The notes beneath the pieces were generated by a model. The model did no database searches. It saw only the letters and a program-made list of their open reading frames with translations, and was not told the DNA's origin. 64,000 bases of DNA, from NCBI GenBank assembly GCA_963775425.1, contig CAVZJB010000016.1, positions 1,184,001-1,248,000 on the forward strand, in the 5' to 3' direction. Positions 26,167 through 33,509 of the stretch are shown piece by piece. The DNA comes from an uncultured delta proteobacterium (GTDB lineage Bacteria; Myxococcota; UBA727; VGSZ01). How positions within the stretch are numbered: the stretch's first letter is position 1; each line of letters starts with the position of its first letter. A program made the translations under genes and the position numbers.

Positions 26167-27085
26167 CCAGCGCCGCGAGCTCGAGCGCCTCCGCGAGCGT
26201 GGCCACGGTCTCGGCCGCGGGCAGGCCCACGCCGAGGTCCACCAGCGAGCGGCACACGCCGGGCGACAGGCCCGAGAGGATCACGTTCGCCCCCATCAGC
26301 GCCGCCGACGCGGTGATGCGCGAGAGGTGCTCCATGGCCGCGGAGTCCACGACGGCGACGCCGGTGAGGTCGATGACGACGGCGCGCGCGCGCTCGTTCC
26401 GGATGCGCTTGAGCAGGCGCGCGGTGAGGAAGCGCATGCGCTCGTCGTCGAGCTCCCCGACGAGCGGCACGAGCAAGCGGCGCTCCGCCGCGATCAGGAT
26501 GGGCGTGGACAGCTCGCGGATGGCGACCGCCTGCTCCCGCACCCGCTCCGTGTGTGTCGCGAAGAAGCTCTCGCCCACGACCTGGACGATGAGATCGAAC
26601 AGGGCGGCTGTGCCGAGGACGAGCACGCGCAGCTCCTCGCGGTCCTGCACCTTCTCGAACGCGAAGTCGACGAGCGCGCTGACGAGGCGGGCGAACGCTT
26701 CGCTCCACGCGCGGAAATCGACGCCCGCCCGCGCGTACGCGTCGCCGCGCTCGCGAAGCGACTCCAGGTACGGCTCCCAGTTGCCGTCATGGGCGCCGGC
26801 GGCGATCTTCGCGAGGTTCACCCGGTTTTGCGCGAGCATGGCTTCGCCGCTCAGCCCCGCGAGCACGGGCGCGAACGACGGCACGCTCTGGTAGGCCGCG
26901 CTGTTCAACGCGCTGATGTGTGCCAGGTGAATGTCCGCGAAGGCGCAGTAGGCGCGCAGTCCGCGCGCAATCCGGGGATCCTCGAACCACACGGCCGTGA
27001 TCCTCGCCCGCGCGCGCGTCACAAGCAAGGTGTCGACGTCCGTACCGTGTCGAATGCCTCCGCCGGGCTGCTGCCTTGTCCCCAT
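26144..27085 (-). CDS. RsbR-like protein: globin-like N-terminal domain plus STAS domain
   Basis: 'WEPYLESLRERGDAYARAGVDFRAW' globin-like segment; STAS 'AIRELSTPIL...VPLVGELD...VIDLTGVAVVDS...LMGANVILSGLSP'. Start uncertain. Confidence 0.85.
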   Translation of the reverse strand: MGTRQQPGGGIRHGTDVDTLLVTRARARITAVWFEDPRIARGLRAYCAFADIHLAHISALNSAAYQSVPSFAPVLAGLSGEAMLAQNRVNLAKIAAGAHDGNWEPYLESLRERGDAYARAGVDFRAWSEAFARLVSALVDFAFEKVQDREELRVLVLGTAALFDLIVQVVGESFFATHTERVREQAVAIRELSTPILIAAERRLLVPLVGELDDERMRFLTARLLKRIRNERARAVVIDLTGVAVVDSAAMEHLSRITASAALMGANVILSGLSPGVCRSLVDLGVGLPAAETVATLAEALELAALATRAPGR

Positions 27086-27124
27086 GCGCGGCCGCCGCCG
27101 CGGCACGGATGCGCCCGCCGTCGC

Positions 27125-27140
27125 GGGCATGCGTGGTGCA
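27125..27140 (+). promoter_or_regulatory. Putative sigma54 (-24/-12) promoter for the hydrolase-prs unit
   Basis: gGGCAtgcgtggTGCA has GG-N10-GC spacing, 45 bp before ATG 27184. Confidence 0.55.
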
Positions 27141-27183
27141 AGCGCTGCCGGGCCAAGGGCGTTTCCCAAGACCGGAGGTGACG

Positions 27184-27864
27184 ATGACCGCGCATGAGAT
27201 CTCGATCGACGTCGGCAACGGCGTCTCCATCGCCGGCACCTGGGGCATCCCCACCGGCGCCGCGGGCATCGTCGTCTTTGCGCACGGCAGCGGCAGCAGC
27301 AGGTTCAGCAAACGCAACGGCTACGTGGCGATGGAGCTGCAGCGGGCGGGCTTCGCAACCCTCCTGCTCGACCTGCTCACCAAGGACGAAGAGCACCTCG
27401 ACAACGTCACCGGGGAGCTGCGCTTCGACATCCCCTTCCTCGCTGCGCGCGTCGTCTCGGCCGCGGACTGGGTGGGCGCCCAGCGCGACCTGCAGGGCAT
27501 CCCCGTCGGCCTCTTCGGCGCGAGCACCGGCGCCGCCGCGGCGCTGTCGGCGGCGGCGGCGCGCGCCGAGAGGATCGCCGCTGTGGTCTCGCGCGGCGGG
27601 CGCCCGGACCTCGCCCTCGAGGACCTCGCCCATGTGCGCGCCCCGACACTCCTCATCGTGGGCGCCAACGACCCCGAGGTGCTTCGCCTCAACGAGCGCG
27701 CGTACGCGCGGCTCACCTGCAAAAAGCAGCTCTCCATCGTTCCGCGCGCGACCCACCTGTTCGAGGAGGAGGGCACGCTCGAGCAGGTGTCCGCGCTCGC
27801 GCGCGACTGGTTCCGTCTGTTCCTGACGGCGGAGGCCGAGCGCACCGCGGCGGAGACGCGATGA
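27184..27864 (+). CDS. Dienelactone-hydrolase-family alpha/beta hydrolase (phosphoribosyltransferase-associated type)
   Basis: GGAGGTG RBS; FAHGSGSSRFS.RN, GLFGASTGAAAAL, VSRGGRPDLA, ATHLFEEEG. Confidence 0.92.
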   Translation: MTAHEISIDVGNGVSIAGTWGIPTGAAGIVVFAHGSGSSRFSKRNGYVAMELQRAGFATLLLDLLTKDEEHLDNVTGELRFDIPFLAARVVSAADWVGAQRDLQGIPVGLFGASTGAAAALSAAAARAERIAAVVSRGGRPDLALEDLAHVRAPTLLIVGANDPEVLRLNERAYARLTCKKQLSIVPRATHLFEEEGTLEQVSALARDWFRLFLTAEAERTAAETR

Positions 27865-28805
27865 CCGAGCCCGTGGTGCTCGCGGGCTCGTATGCGCGCG
27901 AGCTGCTTCCGGCCGTCGCGCACGAGGTCGGCGCACAAGCGCACGCGCACGTCGTCGAGCGCTTCCCCGACGGGGAGATCCGCGTGGAGGTCCCGACCGC
28001 CGTCGCGCGCCGCGAGGTGTTCATCCTGCAGAGCCTGGTGTCGCCGGCGGGCGAAGCGGCCCTGGAGCTCCTGCTCCTCGCCGACGCCGCCTGGCGCGCG
28101 GGCGCGCTGCGCGTGTCCGCGGTGATCCCCTACCTCGGCTATGCGCGCCAGGACCGGCGCACCGAGGAGGGACAGCCCCTCGGCGCCAAGGTGGTGGCCC
28201 GCGTCGTCGACCTTGGCCACTTCGCCCACGTGGTCGCCGTCGACGTGCACGCGCCCGCCGTCACCGCGTGCTTCGACGGGCGCATCGAGCACGTCACCGC
28301 CGTCCCCGCGCTCGTGGAAGCCCTGCGCAAGGTGGTCAGCCGCGACGCCGTGGTCGTCTCGCCCGACCTCGGCGCGGTGAAGCTCGCCGAGCGCTACGCG
28401 CGCGCGCTGGGCGTCCCGCTCGCCGTCGTTCACAAGGTGCGCACGAGCCCGACGGAGGTCGCCGCGCACGGCGTTGTGGGCGACGTCGACGGCCGCGAGC
28501 CCGTCATCGTCGACGACATGATCTCCACCGGCGCCACGGTGGTCGCCGCGGTGCAGGCGCTGCGCGAGCGGGGCTGCACCCGCCGGCCCATCATCGCCGC
28601 AACGCACGGCCTCTTCGTCGCCGACGCGCTGCAGCGGCTGCGCGCGCTGGAGCCCATACGCGTCGTCGTGACGGACAGCGTCCCGCGCGAGGCGGCCTCC
28701 GAGCGCGCGGCGATGTTCGTCGTGAGCCTGGCGCCGCTGCTGGCGCGAACGATCCGCGCGCTCCATCGCCGCGAGCCCGTCGGCGACCTGCTGTCTCACG
28801 CGTGA
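27861..28805 (+). CDS. prs: Ribose-phosphate pyrophosphokinase (divergent paralog)
   Basis: RFPDGE, PYLGYARQDRR, VDVH, VSPDLGA, VDDMISTGAT, ATHGLF, VTDSV; ATGA overlap with the upstream gene. Confidence 0.92.
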   Translation: MTEPVVLAGSYARELLPAVAHEVGAQAHAHVVERFPDGEIRVEVPTAVARREVFILQSLVSPAGEAALELLLLADAAWRAGALRVSAVIPYLGYARQDRRTEEGQPLGAKVVARVVDLGHFAHVVAVDVHAPAVTACFDGRIEHVTAVPALVEALRKVVSRDAVVVSPDLGAVKLAERYARALGVPLAVVHKVRTSPTEVAAHGVVGDVDGREPVIVDDMISTGATVVAAVQALRERGCTRRPIIAATHGLFVADALQRLRALEPIRVVVTDSVPREAASERAAMFVVSLAPLLARTIRALHRREPVGDLLSHA

Positions 28806-28880
28806 AACGAACACCGGCGCGCCCGCCGCCTCGGGTGAGGACGACGGGCGCGTCACCAGGGATTGAATGCGTGTCGAGAG

Positions 28881-29339
28881 CTACGAGATCTTGATCTCTT
28901 GCGTCTTCGGCGTGGTCGCCGGCGCCTTCGGGATCATCAAGTGCAGCATGCCGTCCTTGTACGAGGCGTGGATCTTCTGATCGTCGACGCTCTCGGGCAG
29001 CGTGAAGCTGCGCTGGAAGCGACCGTAGCTCCGTTCCACGCGGTGCCACTTCTTGCCCTTGTCCTCCTTCTCTTGCCGGCGCTCGCCGGTCATCATCAGA
29101 ACACCGTTTTGCACGGACAGCTTCACATCCTCCTTTTTCACGTCCGGGAGCTCCGCGCTCACGACGTAGGCCTCGGGGGTCTCCTGGATGTCGACGGCGG
29201 GCGTCCATTCGGCGAACGTCATCGCCTCGGTGTCACCGAGGCCGAAGCGCGACAGGAAGCGCGAGTCGTTGAACATGCGGTTGAAACGGTCGATGGCCTG
29301 CTCGAAGTCACGAGCGGGATCCCAGCGGACGATTGCCAT
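28881..29339 (-). CDS. Hsp20/alpha-crystallin small heat-shock protein
   Basis: WTPAVDI.ET, AELPDV, ERSYGRFQRSFTLP, ASYKDGML; GGAGGT RBS. Confidence 0.96.
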   Translation of the reverse strand: MAIVRWDPARDFEQAIDRFNRMFNDSRFLSRFGLGDTEAMTFAEWTPAVDIQETPEAYVVSAELPDVKKEDVKLSVQNGVLMMTGERRQEKEDKGKKWHRVERSYGRFQRSFTLPESVDDQKIHASYKDGMLHLMIPKAPATTPKTQEIKIS

Positions 29340-29382
29340 GGTTTTCTACCTCCGTGCATCGCGGCGATGCGTGCACGCGTTC

Positions 29383-29398
29383 AGCAACGCGCGTGCCT
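29383..29398 (-). promoter_or_regulatory. Putative sigma54 promoter for hsp20
   Basis: Minus strand aGGCACGcgcgTTGCT, near-consensus TGGCACG-N4-TTGCW, 45 bp before the ATG. Confidence 0.75.
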
Positions 29399-29557
29399 GC
29401 CGAGGACCCGCTTGCGGATGCGATCGGCGCCCCTCGCCTGTGCGCGGAAGGACACGACTGCGCGGGAAAGCGCCCACGCCCGCGTCGACGAGCTCGCGAG
29501 CGCGCGAGATGTTGCGGGCCACTTGACGTCGTGTCGCCGGCGAGCGACGACGACGAC

Positions 29558-29911
29558 ATGGCGCTCACCGTCTACGGCATCCCCACCTGTGCCACCGTCA
29601 AGAAGGCGCGCACGTGGCTCGACAAGAAGCGGGCGGCGCACGCGTTCGTCGACCTCCGTGCGACGCCGCCGCCGGCGGCGCAGGTCAAGCGCTGGGTCGA
29701 CGCGTTCGGCGCGGCGGCGATGAAGAACACCAGCGGCGGGGCCTATCGCGCGCTCGGCGACGAGAAGAACACGTGGAGCGACCCCGAGTGGACGGGGCGG
29801 TTCGTTGGGGACCCCATGCTCATCAAGCGCCCCGTGATCGAGCGCGACGGCAAGCCCGTGCTCGTCGGGTTCCGGGCCGACGAGGCGACGCTCGCGCGCC
29901 TGTTGCTCTGA
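29558..29911 (+). CDS. ArsC/Spx/YffB-family protein
   Basis: VYGIPTCATVKKARTWL and PMLIKRPVI..G...VGF; 117 aa. Confidence 0.92.
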   Translation: MALTVYGIPTCATVKKARTWLDKKRAAHAFVDLRATPPPAAQVKRWVDAFGAAAMKNTSGGAYRALGDEKNTWSDPEWTGRFVGDPMLIKRPVIERDGKPVLVGFRADEATLARLLL

Positions 29912-29962
29912 CAACGACCCTGCATGTGCTCGCGGAACGTGCTTGCGGAATCTGTGGGAAAC

Positions 29963-30036
29963 TGGTTGGGGAACCGGGAGTCGAACCCGGATACTCGGAA
30001 TCAAAATCCGATGTCCTGCCTTTAGACGATTCCCCA
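29963..30036 (-). tRNA. tRNA-Gln (anticodon UUG)
   Basis: TGGGGAA...TTCCCCA-A-CCA acceptor stem, anticodon arm TCGGA-TTTTGAT-TCCGA, T-loop GGTTCGACTCC, encoded CCA. Confidence 0.97.
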
Positions 30037-30163
30037 GCAGGCGGGCTTCCTAGACGACGCCGTCGACGACCGGAATACCCTCCGCCGCCCCCCGGCGACA
30101 ACCCCGACAACCGGGCTTTACGACGTTGCCGGCCCGCGTGTCTGTGCGTAAGGAAGGGACCAC

Positions 30164-31531
30164 ATGACCGACGTGGCGCTGCCCAAGCGCAAGTTCCCAT
30201 GGGCTCTCGTCGTCGCCGTGGTCGCCGCCGGCGCCCTCGCGGCCTGGTTCTTCTACCCGCGGGCCCCGGACAAGCCCAAGATCACCACCGCCGCCGTGGA
30301 CCGCGGGGACATCACGGTGCGCGTCACCGCCACCGGCACCCTGTCGGCGCTCGTCACGGTCCAGGTGGGCAGCCAGGTGAGCGGCCGCATCCAGGCGATG
30401 CTCGTCGACTTCAACGACACCGTGAAGAAGGGCCAGATCATCGCCCGGCTCGACCCGCAGCTCCTCCAGGCCGCCGTCACCGAGGCCAAGGCCAACAACG
30501 CCGCCGGCGTCGCCGCCCTCGACCGCGCCAGGGTGCGCGCGGAGAACGCCCGGCACCAGCTCGCGCGGGCGCAGGGGCTCGCCGACAACAAGCTCATCGC
30601 CCAGAGCGAGCTCGAGGCCGCCGAGCTCGACGCCAAGGTCGCCGACGCCGACGTCGGCACCGCCCAGGCGCAGCTCGAGCAGGCCAGGTCGTCGCTCGAG
30701 CGCACGCGCATCAACCTCGGCTACGCCACCATCATCTCGCCCATCGACGGCGTCGTGATCTCGCGCTCCGTCGACGTCGGGCAGACCGTGGCGGCGTCGC
30801 TGCAGGCGCCCACGCTCTTCACCATCGCGCAGGACCTGCGTCGGATGCAGGTGGACACCAGCGTCGGCGAGGCCGACATCGGCAAGATCACGCCCGGCAT
30901 GAACGCCACGTTCACCGTCGACGCGTGGCCGTCGGAGCGCTTCGTGGGCAAGGTGAAGCAGATCAGGAACGCCCCGGAGACCGTGCAGAACGTCGTCAGC
31001 TACGACGTCATCATCGACGTCGACAACGCGGACCAACGGCTGCGCCCGGGCATGACCGCCAACGTCAACTTCACGGTGGCCACCAAGGGCGACGTGCTGC
31101 GCGTGCCCAACGCGGCGCTGCGCTTCCGGGCCCCGTCTTCTTTTCTTGCGGCGCTCGCGGGGGACAAGCCCCCGCGCCACGACGGCAACGGCGACGCGGG
31201 CGGCGCGGCGAGGACGGCGGCGGGGGACGAGCCCCCGCGCGACAACGGGGCGCACGGCGGGCCGCACGACGGCGCGCACGACGGGGGGACGCGCGACGGG
31301 GGGACGCACGGCGGGCGCGGCGTGGACGGCGCGCGTGAGGTGTGGGTGGTGCGCGGGGGTCAGCCACAGCCGGTGCGGATCCACACGGGGCTGTCGGACG
31401 GGACGGTCACCGAGCTCATCGGGGACGCGCTGCACGAGGGCGACGAGGTCGTCACCGACGCCAGCGCCGGCGCCGGCGCCAACGGGAGCGGGAACGGCCG
31501 CGCGCCGCGGATACCGCGGCGGATGTTCTAG
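30164..31531 (+). CDS. MacA-type periplasmic adaptor (membrane fusion protein)
   Basis: N-terminal TM, VQVGSQVSGRI, ISPIDGVVI..VDVGQTVAASLQAP, V.EADIG, LRPGMTA. Confidence 0.93.
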   Translation: MTDVALPKRKFPWALVVAVVAAGALAAWFFYPRAPDKPKITTAAVDRGDITVRVTATGTLSALVTVQVGSQVSGRIQAMLVDFNDTVKKGQIIARLDPQLLQAAVTEAKANNAAGVAALDRARVRAENARHQLARAQGLADNKLIAQSELEAAELDAKVADADVGTAQAQLEQARSSLERTRINLGYATIISPIDGVVISRSVDVGQTVAASLQAPTLFTIAQDLRRMQVDTSVGEADIGKITPGMNATFTVDAWPSERFVGKVKQIRNAPETVQNVVSYDVIIDVDNADQRLRPGMTANVNFTVATKGDVLRVPNAALRFRAPSSFLAALAGDKPPRHDGNGDAGGAARTAAGDEPPRDNGAHGGPHDGAHDGGTRDGGTHGGRGVDGAREVWVVRGGQPQPVRIHTGLSDGTVTELIGDALHEGDEVVTDASAGAGANGSGNGRAPRIPRRMF

Positions 31532-31545
31532 CGCGGGAGCCGGCG

Positions 31546-32247
31546 ATGCTCATTCACCTCGACGACGTCACCAAGACCTACGCCACGGGTGACGTCGAGG
31601 TGCGCGCGCTCCGCGGGGTCTCCCTCGGCATCGAGGCCGGCGAATTCGTCGCCATCATGGGCGCGTCCGGGTCCGGGAAGTCCACGATGATGAACGTGCT
31701 CGGGTGCCTCGATCGCCCCTCCACCGGCACGTACACGCTCGGCGGGCTCGCGGTGCAGCACCTCGACAGGCCCCAGCTCGCCTACGTCAGGAACCACACG
31801 CTCGGCTTCGTCTTTCAGTCGTTCAACCTGCTCGCGCGCACCAGCGCCATCGAGAACGTCGAGCTCCCCCTGCTCTACGCCGGCGTCCCGTCGCGCGAGC
31901 GCCGCCGCCGGTCCCTCGAAGCGCTCGATCGCGTCGGGCTCGGCGACCGGTACGCCCACCTGCCCAACCAGCTCTCGGGCGGCCAACAGCAGCGCGTCGC
32001 CATCGCCCGCGCCGTCGTCTCCAAGCCCAAGGTGCTCCTCGCCGATGAGCCCACCGGCGCCCTCGACTCCGTCACGAGCACGGAGATCATGGCGCTGTTC
32101 CAGGAGCTGTCGCGCGACGGCATCACCATCGTCCTCGTCACCCACGAGGCCGACATCGCCGCATGCGCGTCGCGCCTCATCGTCATGAAGGACGGCTCCG
32201 TCATCAAGGACGCGCCCCAGGCGCCGGTGGCGGCGGTGCGCGCGTGA
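31546..32247 (+). CDS. MacB/LolD-type ABC transporter ATP-binding subunit
   Basis: GASGSGKST, GFVFQSFNLL, LSGGQQQRVAIARA, ADEPTGALD, VTHE. Confidence 0.96.
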   Translation: MLIHLDDVTKTYATGDVEVRALRGVSLGIEAGEFVAIMGASGSGKSTMMNVLGCLDRPSTGTYTLGGLAVQHLDRPQLAYVRNHTLGFVFQSFNLLARTSAIENVELPLLYAGVPSRERRRRSLEALDRVGLGDRYAHLPNQLSGGQQQRVAIARAVVSKPKVLLADEPTGALDSVTSTEIMALFQELSRDGITIVLVTHEADIAACASRLIVMKDGSVIKDAPQAPVAAVRA

Positions 32248-33464
32248 GCCCTTTCGCCACCCTCCGCGTCGCCGTGCGCGCCCTCGTGCGCAACAGCACG
32301 CGCTCCATCCTCACCACGCTCGGCGTCGTCATCGGCGTCGGCGCGGTCATCGCCATGGTCGCCATCGGCGAGGGCGCCAAGTCCGAGGTCGAGCAGCAGT
32401 TCGCCTCCATGGGCGAAAACCTCGTCATCGTGCTCCCCGGCGCGTCCACCTCCGGCCACGCCATGGGCGGCTTCGGCAGCCAACCCACGCTCACCTGGGA
32501 CGACCTCGATGCCATCGTCGCGCTGCCGTCGGTGCGGGCGGCGGCGCCGCAGTTGCGCAGCAACCAGCAGATCCAGAGCGAGGGGCAGAACTGGTTCACG
32601 CAGGTGAACGGCACCACGCCCGACTACTTCCAGGTGCGCAATTGGACCCTCGCCACCGGGCGCATGTTCACGCCCGGGGACGTCGACGGGGCCGCCAAGG
32701 TGGTGCTCCTCGGCAAGACCGTCGTCGACGAGCTGTTCGGCAGCGGCGCCAACCCCGCCGGCCAGGCGGTGCGCATCAAGGGCGTCCCTTACGAGGTCGT
32801 CGGCGTGCTCACCGCCAAGGGCCAATCGCCCATGGGCCAGGACTACGACGACATCGTCTTCGTCCCGGTCTCCACGTTCCAGTCCAAGGTGCAGGGCGGG
32901 ATGAAGCGCTTCCTCACCGGCCCCATCCTCATCTCCGCCCGCGAGTCCACCCAGCGCACCATCTCCCAGACCAAGGCGTTGTTGCGCGAGCGCCACCACC
33001 TCGCGGAGCGCGACGAGGACGACTTCTCCATCCGCGACCTCACCGAGATCGCGGCGGCGCGGCAGCAGGGGACCGAGACCATGAGCCTGCTCCTCGCGAG
33101 CATCGCCGCGGTGTCGCTCCTCGTCGGCGGCATCGGCATCATGAACATCATGCTCGTGAGCGTCACCGAGCGCACCCGCGAGATCGGGATCCGCATGGCG
33201 GTCGGCGCCACGCCGGCCAACATCCTCGCGCAGTTCCTCGTGGAGGCGCTCGCGCTGTCGCTGCTCGGCGGCGTCCTCGGCATCGCCCTCGGCGTCGGGG
33301 TCTCGAAGATCGTCGCTGTCAAGCTCGGCTGGACCACGCTGGTTCGTCCGGGGGTCATCGCGCTCGCCGTCGGCTTCTCCGCCGGCGTCGGCGTCGTCTT
33401 CGGCCTCTACCCGGCGCGAAAGGCCTCCCAGCTCGACCCCATCGACGCCCTTCGGTACGAGTAG
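32244..33464 (+). CDS. MacB-type ABC transporter permease
   Basis: RSILTTLGVVIGV, VGGIGIMNIMLVSVTERTREIGIRMAVGA, PARKASQLDPIDALRYE; GTGA overlap. Confidence 0.96.
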   Translation: MSPFATLRVAVRALVRNSTRSILTTLGVVIGVGAVIAMVAIGEGAKSEVEQQFASMGENLVIVLPGASTSGHAMGGFGSQPTLTWDDLDAIVALPSVRAAAPQLRSNQQIQSEGQNWFTQVNGTTPDYFQVRNWTLATGRMFTPGDVDGAAKVVLLGKTVVDELFGSGANPAGQAVRIKGVPYEVVGVLTAKGQSPMGQDYDDIVFVPVSTFQSKVQGGMKRFLTGPILISARESTQRTISQTKALLRERHHLAERDEDDFSIRDLTEIAAARQQGTETMSLLLASIAAVSLLVGGIGIMNIMLVSVTERTREIGIRMAVGATPANILAQFLVEALALSLLGGVLGIALGVGVSKIVAVKLGWTTLVRPGVIALAVGFSAGVGVVFGLYPARKASQLDPIDALRYE

Positions 33465-33509
33465 CCCGCCCGTTTCACCCCGGATGCTCGCCCGAGGTAG
33501 CTTCGACGC

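Noticed and set aside
26144-30036. Genomic island integrated at tRNA-Gln
   Set aside because: No integrase and no duplicated tRNA 3' end (att site) found by eye; composition is not clearly different.
31170-31330. His/Gly/Asp-rich insert with short 15-bp repeats in the MacA-like protein
   Set aside because: Low-complexity inserts at this position are common in these adaptors; too few His to claim metal binding.
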